64,000 nt of DNA from a virus (IMGVR_UViG_3300029288_000056:192001-256000), one strand, 5' to 3'. Counted from the first letter of the stretch, positions 20,603 to 34,872 are shown. Numbers and translations are program-made. Notes: generated by a model from the letters alone, not told the origin.

Positions 20603-22705
20603 CTAAAATAGTTCTTCCGGTTTATCTTCTATCTCAACCTTCTGCACAATTACAAAATCCCAATAGTGTATAGCGTTCAGCAACTTACTCAATTTCCCTT
20701 TTAACCAAGCCCGCAGTTCCTTATCTCTGCCCCAGTTTTTCTCATCTCTGGTTCTGATGGCTTCCTGAATTTCGCTCACTGTGCTGTCCAAGCAGGGTTC
20801 TTCTTTATATTTATTTAGAACTGCTTCAACTGCCCTTGTTTGTTCTGGGGTGCCAAAGCGAAGTCTACGGTGGATGCCTACGAATCCCACCCAATTGTTA
20901 GTATAATTATGATTGCTTTCTCCTAAAAGATTCCATAAAATCAAGTAGGTTAGAATCAATTGGCACTCTTTATTATTAAAATCTCGCGGCATATGAGTAT
21001 ATGCCTCATTAAATTGTAGAGGTGTTGCAACAGGCACAGTTAGTCTAGGATTAGCACTAATAGTTGACCAAAGTGAATAAATTAATTCTGAAGGAAATCC
21101 ATTAAAACTAATGTCCGCCTTCACATTAGCAGGAATAACTCGCGATCCTCCGCCTTTTGGTTTACAATGAAACATTGGCGGTTGCGGCACATTAAAAACC
21201 TCTTTATGTGCGACACACAACTCACCCTCAATACCATCCCGTTGATCGTATCTCCAACCGTCTTTTAAAAAGAATCCTTCTTGAAGTTCAACTGTTTTAT
21301 CATAGCAATCAAACTTGAGGTCTAAATGATTAGTTGAACCGCCAAATTTCCACAAAGTGAGAGCAATAGGTTTGTCCCCAGAAACTTCGTTAAAGTCATC
21401 GCCTGAAAGAATCAGACCTTCAAGAAAAGTAAAGTTAGAGAGCAACTCTTTTAAAAGTTTATTGTATCTACGCCGCCCCAAAAAAATTCCCGCAGGGCAA
21501 TAAAAAGCAAGATAACCACTACCCAAAATTTTCATCATCTCAACGGTTTGTCCAATAGTAGGTAGTATAAGGTCGCCTCGCCCATATTGCAAAAGTTCAT
21601 CTCTGTAATTTATTGCGATTTTGCGACTAACATCCACACCATCATCAACTAATGTATTGGTCGCCACAGTTCCAAACGGCGGATTAAAATAAAACAGATT
21701 CTCCCCAGATAATCCCCACTTTCTAATCAGTTCTGCCGCCGTTACACTTATACAGTCTATGTTGTCAAAGACCGCATCATAACCTTCAAATTGTAACTTT
21801 GCAATCGCAATCGCATTAGGGTCAATATCGTTGCCTATTATCTTTACACCTTCTGCGGCAAACGGCACTAATAAAGAACCTGTCCCGGAATAAGGATCCA
21901 CAATAACGGAAGGGTTAATGTGTTTGAGGATAAGGTCGTGAACCTTTGCTGTCGTGTGAGGCTTGGTATAAAACTGACCCAGACTTCTCCTCTTGCTTAT
22001 TTCCTCGTATTCGTCCAAGTGGTCAGACAGTTCAGTTATATCGTGAGGTGTGATTCGTAACGACTTGACAAAATGCTCGTCTTCCGGCTTGATTCTTTTA
22101 CTCGCCACAACAGAACCGTCCACCGTATCAACAATCCCGCCTGATTTGATTAAAGCGATTTCGCCCTTATTGATATAGACATCGGCAATCTTACTTATCA
22201 GTTCCTTGATGTTAATATCGTATCGTTCCAGCCGGGTTATCACATAAAAAATATTTTTCGGCGAAATAAAGATGTAGGGAACAGTAAAGTCCAGAGGCGA
22301 GTCGTAATTATTAGTGCAAAATGGCGCACCTAAAATTTCACGTGCTTTTCTATTTAATTCAGCATTTCCAACTAATGAAGGTGAAACCGTAGAATCAATA
22401 CTGTTATAAAAGTCTTTAAGCACAGAGTAAGGCGGAACTTTATAGAACTGAATTTCTGAAGCCGTTGCCAATCCAAAGACCTGAGGTATAAAGTCATATT
22501 CATTTCCACCAAAGGTTCTAAATGCTCCATACAATAATTGACATGCCGCAAAATGAGAAGGCTTCACTTCTATGTAAATGTTGTTGAACGCGTCAATCAC
22601 GTCGCAAAAGTAGTTAGCCGGCGCAACTTGGAAATTAAAATCTCCAGTTGAAAGTTTGCGCGCTATCTTACGTTGCAAGTCTCTCTCGTCAGCAAAATTA
22701 ATCAT
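20603..22705 (-). CDS. Fused PD-(D/E)XK nuclease and amino-DNA methyltransferase (type IIG-like)
   Basis: N-terminal E..LQ...CDVID....YIEVK; LGQFYT; motif I VDPYSGTGSL; motif IV NPPFG. Confidence 0.75.
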   Translation of the reverse strand: MINFADERDLQRKIARKLSTGDFNFQVAPANYFCDVIDAFNNIYIEVKPSHFAACQLLYGAFRTFGGNEYDFIPQVFGLATASEIQFYKVPPYSVLKDFYNSIDSTVSPSLVGNAELNRKAREILGAPFCTNNYDSPLDFTVPYIFISPKNIFYVITRLERYDINIKELISKIADVYINKGEIALIKSGGIVDTVDGSVVASKRIKPEDEHFVKSLRITPHDITELSDHLDEYEEISKRRSLGQFYTKPHTTAKVHDLILKHINPSVIVDPYSGTGSLLVPFAAEGVKIIGNDIDPNAIAIAKLQFEGYDAVFDNIDCISVTAAELIRKWGLSGENLFYFNPPFGTVATNTLVDDGVDVSRKIAINYRDELLQYGRGDLILPTIGQTVEMMKILGSGYLAFYCPAGIFLGRRRYNKLLKELLSNFTFLEGLILSGDDFNEVSGDKPIALTLWKFGGSTNHLDLKFDCYDKTVELQEGFFLKDGWRYDQRDGIEGELCVAHKEVFNVPQPPMFHCKPKGGGSRVIPANVKADISFNGFPSELIYSLWSTISANPRLTVPVATPLQFNEAYTHMPRDFNNKECQLILTYLILWNLLGESNHNYTNNWVGFVGIHRRLRFGTPEQTRAVEAVLNKYKEEPCLDSTVSEIQEAIRTRDEKNWGRDKELRAWLKGKLSKLLNAIHYWDFVIVQKVEIEDKPEELF

Positions 22706-22710
22706 TCGTT

Positions 22711-22739
22711 ATCCTATCACACCTTTTCGCAAAAGTCAA
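22711..22739 (-). promoter_or_regulatory. Sigma70-type phage promoter (copy 5), leaderless for the MTase fusion
   Basis: TTGACT-17-(TGA)TAGGAT-5 nt-ATG. Confidence 0.8.
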
Positions 22740-22742
22740 GCA

Positions 22743-25700
22743 TTATTCTTGTTCTATGATATCGGTAATTTTATTCCCATCTGCAACAATTTTATACACC
22801 TTACCGATTTTCATGTTAAGGATTTTATCTTCGATGGCGGGGTCGTAATGAGCATACACACTGGCCACCCCGTTATAGTTAAACATAACCTCGTCATAAG
22901 ATGAGTGAATATCTATATCCTTAAGTGTAATGATACTAGTATCCACCTCATAACTTGACTGACACGCAATTGCAAGTGCAAAGACTACACCTACAACCAG
23001 AATAGTTAACCACTTATTCATGTCACATCTCCTTTAACATCTTGTACACGTCTGTAAACAACGGGACCGTTGATGGATCTTTCCGATAATCCATGTAGTA
23101 AACATCACAGTGATCAAATCCGGCATGTGTTACGTTAACACCGTCAGGCACGATTATGTTAAAACGGTCCACTCCGCAGCAGCGATCTGGTATAATGAAG
23201 TCTTCCGTCGCGATGTACCAGCTCCAATTGAAGTCGTAGTCGCGAGTATGAGTCACCTTGCCGCCGCGCTCTAAATAGCCTTTGAGCCACAGCGCATAGT
23301 CTGCGGCGGTAGCCCGCTTCAGGGTGGACATTAGGTCTGGTTTCCCTAAGACGCCGCCTCTGTATACATAGCCTGCAGGTTTCAAGATCTTTTTAGCCTC
23401 CTCAATAAGGTCTGGGTTTTTGATACTTCTCAGCGCCTTTAAAATGTGCGCTTCTCTAAAACCATGTCCCTCGATTTTACTCTCAACCTCAAACTCCACT
23501 TGCTTGAAGTACACACGGTCGAAAGTGTCATCAAGGTATTGAATTATTTTATCGTCCATCTTTCTCCTAAAAGTATTTACAATTAGACATATCGAAGGTA
23601 TGATACTCTTCTATGTGCTCTTCCATAAGGTCGGCGATTTTCTGCAAATGAGAATATGGATAGCAAGTATCGGCCTGAAGCGTATGGCAACCCTGCAATG
23701 TTCGCAATGCTCGCTTTAGTCTGAGAAACGAGTATCCTCTTTTGGTCAGATCTCTTGCCCAGCTGTCAGGAAAGAAATCGGGATAATCGGACTCGACGGT
23801 TGCGACAAGGTCTTCAAGGTTCATTCTTTTTAAGTTCTTAATCGGACAGTCGTCAGAAAGCCCACTCAAAGGACACATGAGACACTCGCACACACTCGTG
23901 TAAATATCGTCGTGATACTGTGTGCACATTTCGAAGAGCTTTAGTATTCCGTCTTTAAATTCCATTTGCGCCCCTAATCTTCTGGTACGGATTGTCTCGG
24001 AAGGTCCTCGTCTGACGGAATCTCACCGTGCGTAATGGTAACTGGATGGATATTGCACTTATGCGCCAATCTGTCGCCATATTCGTCTTTGGCAGGGAAG
24101 ATACAGATTTTGAAGAGGTACTTCCCTTCGATCATAAGTGTGTCGTCAACTTCACACAAAGGGATACAGTGTTCACATATAGGTGGAATAGGCTTGCCTA
24201 GACAGTCTTTCCTTCCGTTTACGTATCCTAAATGTAAACAGAACCATTTGTTTTGAGTTCTATCGCTCATCTCTCCTCCTGACGACATACTAACACAGTC
24301 TCTAGGAAAAGTCAAGCGTTATTTTTACTTTTTAAAGTCCTTACATTGGTGAAGTTTCTGTCTCCTCCAGCGCTTTTTGTCGTCAGCTTTACAAAGCACC
24401 TTCCACTCACTCGTTTTAGTTTCATGGTCGAGACTACCAAGTTCGTCTAAACAATGTCTGCATTTCCCACAAAGCGATTCTGGTTCCATGTATGACATCT
24501 CTACTCCTTTAGTTTATTGTCCATTGTATCTCAGCCAAATTTGATCGGTACCTTCTTTTACGACGTATTGGATCATCTCGTCGTTCGTCTTGCCTAGACT
24601 ACGCAGTTCGTTCATCATCTTACAAGCATCAAATGCCACCAACACTACGGTAAGATCCTGCTCTAACTGCTCTTTAGTCATCGTGATTGTGTCTGCCATC
24701 TTATTCACCTCGTTTTGTAAAAGTACCATCTATGGCGTCGCATTGAGGAGCTTCGCTAAATCGCAAGACTAGGTCAATGCGACATTTCCCATCAACAAAC
24801 TCACTGCAGTCTTCTCGCTTTACAAACCATCGCTCTTGGTGCCCGCACCAAACTATATTTTCGGGGGGTAACATACTAACACACTCTCTAACCCACCTCT
24901 AATGGCGTCTTCCAACTCGTATTCATGTATATCATCTGTGGTAACCATTTCTATTCTTTTCATTGCGGACGTAATTATTCTTCCGTTCTCCACAACAAAT
25001 GAAAGTACATCCGCATCCTCATCCACAGCTAGTGCTGCGGATCTCATAGCCCATACAACTAATCCATCCTCAGTTCTATCTTCACCACTTAGCCAATTAT
25101 TAGCCCATTTACTCCAGACTTCATCCTTGTAAACCAACTTAACCAATCGAATGATAGTCTCCACTTGCTCGGTTGTTAGTCTTGGTAATTCCACCTTAGC
25201 ACCCAGCTTAAGTCTTCTTGCGCCGCATTTCATTCCGTCCTCCAACACATCGCCGTCCGTCTCACACGCAAAACAGAGGGGACTAGATATATTGGCGTGA
25301 TAAGGGTTCATCAACACTGCGATGTATTTGTTGGGGTAGTAGTGCAACCAACCTTTATTACAAAGGCTGCTGCTCCAGTTTGATTTTTTACCTTTTGGTT
25401 CCTGCCACTTTCCAACTTTCCACTTATAGTTGCCGTGGGTAGTCATGTCCTGTCTTAGAAGCTTTACCATTTTATCTCCTTGGTGTTATTGCTGCTGCAC
25501 TAATATACTCGGCTATGAAGGTCCAATAATCAGGTTGGTGAGCGGGAAACCCAAGACTGTCATTCTCGCCCTGCTGCTCTATGAAGTCGTCAGACGCCGC
25601 CTTCATTATCGCGGCAAACTCGGACTTAGGAATCCAAACGCCTTCAGTTGTAACACATTCTTTTCCGTCCCACTCTATACAGTCATCGCCGCCGCATCCA

Positions 25701-28700
25701 CAACAAAGACATAGTTCGTCGTGATCAGGGCGATACTGTCTAACGTCCATTTCTATATTAATTGCTGCCATTTTCTTCCTCGCTTTCCATTTGGCAAATA
25801 TCCATTATTCTGTCGGGATGGAAACAATGTGTTTCCCCGAAAGTGTAGTCTGGCTTGCACATCTTACAATCCTCGGCCATCTCGTATTCTAAACCTGTTA
25901 ATGGACAGATCATTTATCTACCTCTTTCATCAGTTCCTCACGACGCGCTTTGCCGTCTCGGTAGCCGGTGTCATAACTTGATTTATCGGAATCCAAAGGA
26001 CCGAGTGGATTCGCCATGTATTCATATCTACTACATAAATCTACATATCCATCAATATATCCTTGCCTATAATCTTGGTCGTATTGCTTGATGCTCTTGT
26101 CAACACACCCCGCCATGAGCAGGGCCATAAGGCAGAACAAAATATACTTTGCCATTTTACTCCTCACTCCGGTTCATAGGGACTGTTGGGATCGTCAAAC
26201 TTAACTTTGCCCGATTCTAGGTAGTCAGCAATTCTATCCAAAGAATCGTAGTTATCGCCGATAAATCTATAAACTTGGGAAGCAACGCCCTCACCCATTG
26301 AATAACCCCCGTTGCTATAAACACGCAACAATTCAGCGACTACTTCTTTATCGTCTTCAAAAATAGGATATGACATTTTACTCCTCGCTTTCAGGATAAA
26401 GATGTTCAAACAACGCTAAAAACGCATACTGTTTTCCACGTGCAAAATCGGAGTCTGCGGCTTTTTTACCGTATTGCTCCCGGAGATACGCTCTGGTCTC
26501 TATACATTCCCGCGCCAGCGCGACACAGTTATCCACGCTGCCAAACTCGTTATTGATGGCAGTGAGTTGCCGTTTGCTTTCTCTTAACGAATCAAGACAT
26601 GAATCGGCGATGAAGTTGCATGGCAACTTAACTTCTTCCCCACATATTACACAAAGGTTTTTGGCCGTCCTCACTTTTCCTCCTTATCCATCGAAACAAG
26701 CGCGGCTTGGAGTTCCACCTTGAGCATATCCATTGTTGAAAATGGAGAGCCTTGGATGAATGCCATCTGCAGCGCCTTATCTATTGCCTTCATAATTTCT
26801 TTCACCGTATATCTCGGCTTATCTAATGAGGCGCGGATCTCAATGAGCGTGGGGAGGTACGGTTTCAACACACCTCTCGACATAGACTTGATGGCGGGGT
26901 CTGATATAAATGTTATAAGCTCGTTCAGATCGTCCTGTGCTTTACTCATTAGTGTCTCCTTTTAATGTGTCGATCAAGAACCCTAGTTGATGAAAATAAG
27001 CGCATGTTATGGCATTATAGGGTATCTCTGATTGCAGAGTGACACGAAGTTCACCGATAAACTTTAGCGCATCGCCCACTCGCTTCTGACTCTCGGCAAG
27101 CTGACCACCTGCTACGGCTGCGACGGAGCGAAGAGTGCAAATGATAAAAGCAATATCCTCGAGAGTCACGACCATTCCCGTAACGCCTTCGGTTGCGAAT
27201 TTAAAGCGCTCTTCCAAGTAGTCGGCCAGCTTAATACACTCACCGCTTGCGATGCGGGCTGTAACGTCGTCCATTATGTTCATTTCATCTCCAATTTCTT
27301 TGCCAGCTCGGAACGCTGCGGTTCGGGGAGGGGGGAGAGTAGTGCGGTTAGGGCTTTATTAAATGCCTCGACCAATCCAGACATGCTACAACCCCAGCCT
27401 TTTACCTCATCATTATTTTTTTGATATATTTGGAATGCAAACGGCATTGTAATACATGATTCTGTTTCAGGCAGACGGGGAATTGGTTGAAATCCCTCAT
27501 TAAGCAATATTTCTATCCTCTTCACCATCTTCGCGCTCTCGGCGGCTTTGGCAAGCTCAGCTTGTGCCGCTGTAAGTTTATCTTCGCGCTCAAACCATTT
27601 CTTGTCAAAGACACTTCTGATAAACAGTGCGCCGAGAGCCAATAGCGACGCTAACGCACCTACAATAAATAGTCCCATAGCTATACTACAGAACAACGGT
27701 ACTGTCATAGTACTTCCTACTGCACCGTGATGAGTAGTTATGGGAACAACATACGGCATTGGTACTAACATTTAATTTCCTTCCACTGTAAAGTCCTTAG
27801 GGACTTTGGGAGATTTCCAACCTTCACATTGAGGTATACAATCGTTATTAGCTAATGGGCATAAGTTCTGATTGCATGGCAAATTAAACGCCCTATCCAT
27901 AAAAAAGCAGTATGTGGACGGCGAGGTTCTTTTACAATACCCCTTTACATACCCCTCTTCAAATATCGTCATATGCCGCAAGGTCTGCGCATACTCCCAA
28001 TCTGCGTATGAAGGATACGGTTTACCGTCTTCGTCACAAGGAACGTCCTTGAGCGATCCCCAACACCGAGGTATACGATTCCTATATGGAAACGAACAGC
28101 GAATCACTGGCATATACTTACAACTACAATGCCCTTCGGAATGGTTTTTATCGCACTCTGCCATAAACTCTCGCCAGCCATAGAGCTCGTCGTATTCGGG
28201 GCAAAGATGAGCAAGACGCGCGAAGAATTCATCCCAATTTGTAGATGGGGAGTAAACGTCTGAAAACATTATACCCTTTTCAATGGCTATGTCAATTAAT
28301 TTATGCTTTTGCTCCACAGTCAGTCTTGCCACTATTCCTCCAATTCCGAAAGATCATAGACCTTAGTTAAATCGCCAAAATCAAAAAAGCTGGGGCTAAA
28401 GGTTGCTAATACATCAGACGAACCCATGGGTTCATGCTGACATTCCAAAATAATATCGTCCCTCAGACAATTAGGGGCGGAAAATCGGGCATACTTATAG
28501 CCCAGTTTTTTGGCAGACAAAAGCATGTTGGTCTTAAAATTCTTAGTCACAGATATATGGCTTCTGGCGGTAGTGATTACCGCCAACGAGCCGGTTATGC
28601 CCATAATGAGCACAAGTAACAATAGTAATTCTCCCATTTCATTCCTCCACTGGTTTAAAGTATATCCATTTTTTACCGGTTGATTCCTCCACAACCATCA

Positions 28701-31700
28701 CCGGTGCGCCACAGCTACAGTTAAATATCGTAAACAGCTCTCTGCCCTTTCCCTCTAGCCCGGTGATAATCTCACAAGGTATCCAAGGTGTGGTCCTTTT
28801 GTTCCATGCCTCCACCTTAATCATATGGGTGGGGTCCTTACTACATTGGGCAATATAGCTCATCTGCGATCCTCGCTATCTATAGCCATTTACGATCCTC
28901 ATATCTATATCCATCAACTAGGCGCTCCGCATATAGCGACTTCATATAGTGCTCTAAGTGAGAATGCCCGCCCCTGTCTTTTCGCTTAGGTGGATTATTG
29001 GGGTCCCTAGGCTCACTACAGCTTACGCCGTATGCGCCGTAATATTGGCGAGAGGTCCATTCACAACGCTCACCATTTGCCTCACAGCCATCTGCGTTGG
29101 GACACCAACGCCACCTCTCGTCACCAAGAGCGATTATCCTGTACTTGTCTTCGAGGTTTCCACCCAGTCCTGCAAGAGCGAGCCCTAATAGCAGTCCCAC
29201 AAAGAAAATAGCAAAAGTAATCGTGTCGTCGTGTGTAGGGTTGGGTAGTGACGAAAAGGCGTATGAGCCTATAGCACCAAAGATGATGAAGATCCATCCA
29301 ACAACGGCCGTATAACCCCAAAACTGTCGCCAAAAATAATACCATTTGTAAGATTTCATTAGTCTTCCATTTCACCCTTTACTAAGGTCCACACCATCAT
29401 TGATACCATGGCGATACCGACCAACAAGTCTCCCAGCCACCAAAGGCTCGGGTCACCCTTTACCATTGCGACGGCGAGAAAGGCCAACAGGAAGTGTCCG
29501 AAGCTCCAAAGGTTCATCCAGAGTCTAATCATTAAGCCACTCCTCCCAAGTGCTGCAGAACAGTGCGAGGGCAAACATAAAAAAGATTATACCCATCGGA
29601 ATAGCAACCCACTCAGTCAGCCCCGCGTTGAATAGCAGGATGGGTATCGCAATAGACCCGATGAAACAAGCGGCGTAAAACAACATCACAAACATTACAC
29701 GAATGTAACCCCAAAAATCTTCCATTATTCCCCTTCGGTAGCGCCTGAGGGTTTGATTTCTAATAAATCATAAGCACCACAGCCGCGATGTTGTTGTATA
29801 AGTATCCAATCACCTTGTTTAACCCAAGCATGCATATAGTTCGGGGTATAGTTACCTTCCCAAAAGCCGCCGTCAACATCACGGACAGCCCACAGTTTAC
29901 CGTCTATGTGGATACTATCAACATGAACCCATGTCGGTTTAGCGTCACAACATATCAGCGTCATCATCAATAGTAAGGAAACCTTCATCATGTTTTTAAC
30001 TTTCATTATTATCCTCCATCAACAATCTATCATAGGTCTATTCTGAAGTCAAGCGATATTTTAGAGATACGCTATCCAGTTAATTAACGGATAGATAGCG
30101 ACTAATACTAAGATCCCAACTGCAATAATGAGCGCCCAGAATAAAGTCTGTATAGCTCGATCCATCTTCAAGGAACCTTGCATACGCTTCCGCCAAAACT
30201 CCACGCGTTTCCTGTATATCTCCCTTTGAGGAGAGTCGAGCAGTATGCTATACATATGATAGCTGTGAGCTTCTGCCCAGCTCGGGAACTTGAATATAGT
30301 AGCAACGACGCTGAGTGTGACGACTAGCAGTGTTATAATGGGAATCAGTATCATTATTCCTCCTTAAGAACTTTCTCAATAGTCTCGTCCAGTGCCTTAC
30401 TGAGTTCCACCAAGAAGTCAGTACGCACCAGATCAAACGCTTCCGCACCTTCATAATCTTCTTTGTCTGTATAAGTTCTGCGATGTGTTTCGAACAACCG
30501 AGATGTCGTCTGAAGTGCCCTGTTTCTAACACGCATCAATTTTTCACAAAGGGTTATGTAGGTGACCGCGTCTTTGCGCGTTTTAAAGCCACCCTCGTCT
30601 GCACAGGAGCCGGAACATTCGATTATCCATTCATCTTCATCATAGCATCCGGTTTCACTTTTGTATATACTTAAAGTTCCGGCGCATTTTGGGCATCTAA
30701 AAGTTTTCTCCATTACTCTCCTTTTCGGTTATGCCGAGTTTATCGAGAACTTCCATAATCATCTCTATCACCATATTCACAAGACTGGCGTTACCCATTC
30801 CCGGGCCGACGATTGCACAGACTTTCTCTCGCAGATTCTCGATCTGTCCTGCGAATAAGTACTCATCCTTAAAACTCGCCGCCACTCTTTCGGCCATGTT
30901 TGCGCGCTCATCCTGCCTGATTCGCTCATCATGTTCTTTTTGATAATTTTCTTTCCAGATAACGAGTTCATCGGTTAAGCGAGTGATTTCCGCATAACAG
31001 TCCTTCACGTGACCCCACTTATGCGATTCACTGGTGTGACAGTTCCAATCGTTTATATCTATTCGCTCAAACATATTCTTCTCCATCGATGTTTAATTTA
31101 GTCATCACATAAAGCACCCGAATACCCAGTGGTATCCCGATGATACTCACGAAACACACAATGGCCACTAAGAACAGAACAAGATAAGCCATAACTTTGA
31201 GTATGAATATCATTTTTTGCTTCTTATCCTCGCCAGCTCTGATGCATAGAAGTCCTTATAGCTTTGTTCTAATGCATTAAGCTGGCGGCCTGCTGATATT
31301 GCTGCTATCATGAGTGCGATAAACATCGCTAACCCAACTCCAATAATTATCCAAAGAAATGTAGAATCCATTACTCCTCCAAACTATAGTAGGATGCCTT
31401 AACGGCGTTGATTATAGAGGACAAAACCATAATGAGCGCGGCCACAAACATCATGATTATAACCCATACACCCACATGATATCCAAAGTTTTGCACAGGA
31501 TTATCACCCATCATTTTCACACCCAGACACGATAGACCGAATAAGACTGGCGCGAGAATGATCTGATATATCGCCATCAACAAGTGACGAACTACTTTAT
31601 CCATTTTGTTTCTCCAAGTATCGTTTCAACTGAAGTAACGACCTTTCTACACCGTCTATTACTTCGTCCGTGAATGTCGCAAGGTTTGCCCAAAACTCTT

Positions 31701-34212
31701 TCCCCTCTTCTGATACTTGACTGAAGGCTTCGGGAAATTCACCTGCCACGCTTTTTCGCGCCATCATAACTAAAAGGCGCATGCCTTCGGAGAAACTTAG
31801 TTCGTCCATTTAATCCTCGTCTCTGTAGAAATGGCTACTAAGAACATCATAGAGTTCGTTAACTTGGCCGATGCCTTGTGTTGCCTCCTCTAATCTAGCA
31901 ACACGCCTCTCTAGCACCGGAATTTCGTATTGCTTTGCAACCGCTTCTATCCTTCTCACGGCACTAGAGACAGCATCCTCTACCTTACTCTTCGTGTCGT
32001 AGTAATCCTTTATTAATTTATCAATCTTCTCGCTTATATAAAGTAAGCGTTTTTCCATACTACTTACCTCTATAAATGTAGTCGTGTAATAACTACAACC
32101 GCCGCGATTAGGCAAATCACAAGACACACAACTAGATGATAAACTCGGCGCATGAACTAGCAAATGCGGGCATTTCTGCCATCCAAATTCGGGTTGAAAA
32201 TCCTTACACCTAATTGGAGTATGCTTTGCCTTGATAATTACAGTGATATCTTCAGTAGGTTCGGCCATCTTCTTTTCCTTCGTCGTCTTTTTCATGTCGA
32301 TATCCTAACACACTTTCCCAAAAAGTCAAGCGTTATTTTACAGCATCTCCTCAAGACAGATAGTGTGAACAGTGGTTATAACGAGCCCCAAGATTTCTCT
32401 GGGAGAATAACCCTTATTACACCACTGCCTTATGATGGGTTGCAGAGCATCGCCACATTGGATGTCTAACTTATTAGCATCCTCAGTATAACGATAATCA
32501 TCGTCGTAGAGGCTCTTATTATCTGTGCGTTTGCGTGCCATTTTGGTGCCTCCTATTGTTTTAAACGTTCAACACCGTCGTTGTACGCTGTGATTATGTA
32601 ATGGCATCTGTTATTCCGATGATAAAAACAATCGGCGTGTGACATAAACCTTTGCCCGTGGCAAGATTTAGGTAACGGATTTTGTCTATTCATAGTTAGT
32701 CTCCTTTGTTTATACCCAACAACTTATCAAACGCCTCGTCTATTTGCAAGAGGGCTATTGTTATCGCTGCCACTTGCTTATTCACTAAAATAGCGCCTAG
32801 TGCGTCATTTTTCTTTATATCGCCATTAGCTTCAAAAGCATTATCCCGTGTTATTTCCAGCACTCTCTTAACCTCAGGGCTAAGCATTGTTTCTCCTTTT
32901 AGGTTACGCCCCGCAATCGGGGCAATCAATAAATTCAGGGCGATCTGTTTCGTGGTTGCGGTGCAGAATTCGCTTCTTATCGAAACAAGTTAAGCATGTG
33001 CCATCTGGAAGCTCACCTGTGCCACCGCATATTTTACACTTCTCACGTGTCCAAACAATTTGCATGGCATCGGGTTGACTTTCGCAAGCAGCCGATTCTT
33101 CATGTGGAGTATCAATAAAACCGCAGTCGCATTTGGGACATATCATTTATTCCCCAACTCCTTAAAGATAAGGGCCCTAACTCTCTTTATTTCTTCATCG
33201 CCCGAATTGCGATACTTAACGGCCTCCGCTTCAGAATTAAACAACACGAAGGGCTTACACTTACAAGTAACAGCCCAAGTTTCCTTATCTGATCCGAATA
33301 CCATGATAACCTTCTCAACCTTCATGTTTTTGCCACAAACAGGGCAAATACGTTTCTCCATTTTACTCCTCACTCCTTTACCCGAAGGCGGTTAGTGTTA
33401 TGTTTCAGAGCTAAATGATTCGTAAGCCTCAATATCAGCATCGCATGTCAAACCATCGACGTTGCAACAAACTTCATCTAAGTCAGCGTCGAAAAAAGCG
33501 AACCGACAACCATTAACCATGAAATTACAGATGCCATTTGTTCCTTGTCGACATTCGATCTTATAGATTTGTGCGCTCATCTATTTCCCCTATTCGTTTT
33601 GGAGTGTCGCCGGTGAGGTCGTAAATACCGAAAATGAGCCGACCATCAAATTGATGTCTGTCAAACAGCTTTTTGCCTCGCTGGAACTGCCCATACCCCA
33701 CACCGTCATCCAAGTTGAAAACGGTTAGAATTGTCCACAGGGCGGGAAGTCCCTCGATTTCGGGGTGATTACCATTTTCATAATAGGCATATATTTCCTT
33801 CTCACCTGCACCATCCATCCGAATATCCACTTTGTAATAGCCAGCCTTTTTAAGCTCAACTAGCAATTCCATTGTGTTCTTGTCAGCCATTTTTCTAGTC
33901 ATTTTCTCCATCTTGATCCTCCTATTATTTTACTTGGGTAAAACTAATCCCCGTCCAATCACAGGTGATTCGAGATTGCCCGTTCTTCTCAATTATTATA
34001 GAGAAGGGGTCGTTCGTTGCCCGAATGAATTTATACCCTTCGGGTATGTTGGATTTGATAGCCCCCAAGTAGTCCTTCCAATCCTCCCAGCCTTTTTCGT
34101 CTTGCCAACGAGTAAAAAGATAATATAGATTTTTAATCCAGTTACTACCTTTTTGCTCTATTTCCTCAACTGTCATCTTAAATCCGTTAGCCATTTTGAT
34201 CCTCCTAAACAA
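22743..34212 (-). CDS. Long array of ~35 small hypothetical ORFs (membrane peptides, lipoprotein-like, Cys-rich)
   Basis: Contiguous minus-strand ORFs with RBS and coupled stops/starts, typical of a large-phage early/accessory region. Confidence 0.55.
24287..24315 (-). promoter_or_regulatory. Sigma70-type phage promoter (copy 6)
   Basis: TTGACT-17-(TGT)TAGTAT, then AGGAGG RBS and ATG at 24270. Confidence 0.8.
30024..30052 (-). promoter_or_regulatory. Sigma70-type phage promoter (copy 7)
   Basis: TTGACT-17-(TGA)TAGATT. Confidence 0.78.
32302..32329 (-). promoter_or_regulatory. Sigma70-type phage promoter (copy 8)
   Basis: TTGACT-16-(TGT)TAGGAT-6 nt-ATG. Confidence 0.78.
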
Positions 34213-34241
34213 ATACTATCATACTTTATCGGAAAAGTCAA
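34213..34241 (-). promoter_or_regulatory. Sigma70-type phage promoter (copy 9)
   Basis: TTGACT-17-(TGA)TAGTAT, directly after a terminator. Confidence 0.8.
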
Positions 34242-34243
34242 GC

Positions 34244-34277
34244 AAAAAATATAGCCCTACCAGATAGGTAGGGCTAT
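34244..34277 (-). terminator. Rho-independent terminator
   Basis: ATAGCCCTACC-TATCT-GGTAGGGCTAT followed by a T tract. Confidence 0.85.
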
Positions 34278-34420
34278 TGCTTAAATTTTATTCCTGTTGT
34301 AGAATCTCAAAAGCTTCGGTGACCTTTTCTTTTAACCTCACTAACGCCTTAAATTTGTCTCCTTCGAGCTTGTCCATTACATAAACAAACAAGTCCTCAA
34401 TCTCTTTAAAATCTATGGGC

Positions 34421-34810
34421 CTAGAATTCTGTGTCATCTTCGTCCTCACTAGTGGGAACGTCGGCGTTACTTACAATATTCTCGTGTTCCTTGTTTGGCG
34501 CTGATAGCCACTTAACATGCTCGGCCACAATTTCGTAGGTTGAAGTCTTCTTACCTTCTGCGTCGGTGAACTCTCTCATCTGAATTCTTCCGGTAACCAA
34601 AAGCGGAGAGCCCTTATCAAGATAAGTGGCGCAATTCTCCCCTTGCTTACCCCACACTGCGATGTTCATAAAACAAGTCTCTGATACTCCCTTATGGGAA
34701 CGCGAAGAAGCTATACGCATCTTACACAACGTCTTGCCGTTGGTAGTGATTCTTACTTCGGGTTTGCGAACCAAGTTCCCACTCATAATACTGATGTTCA
34801 CGTCTTCCAT
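34421..34810 (-). CDS. ssb: Single-stranded DNA-binding protein
   Basis: N...GNLVRKPEVR, VWGKQGE..A.YL.KGS.LLV.GRI, acidic tail DEDDTEF. Confidence 0.93.
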   Translation of the reverse strand: MEDVNISIMSGNLVRKPEVRITTNGKTLCKMRIASSRSHKGVSETCFMNIAVWGKQGENCATYLDKGSPLLVTGRIQMREFTDAEGKKTSTYEIVAEHVKWLSAPNKEHENIVSNADVPTSEDEDDTEF

Positions 34811-34872
34811 CTAATCCTCCGTTGTTGTTTGATATCTCATATCATATAACAACTGTCTTGGGAAATAATCCC

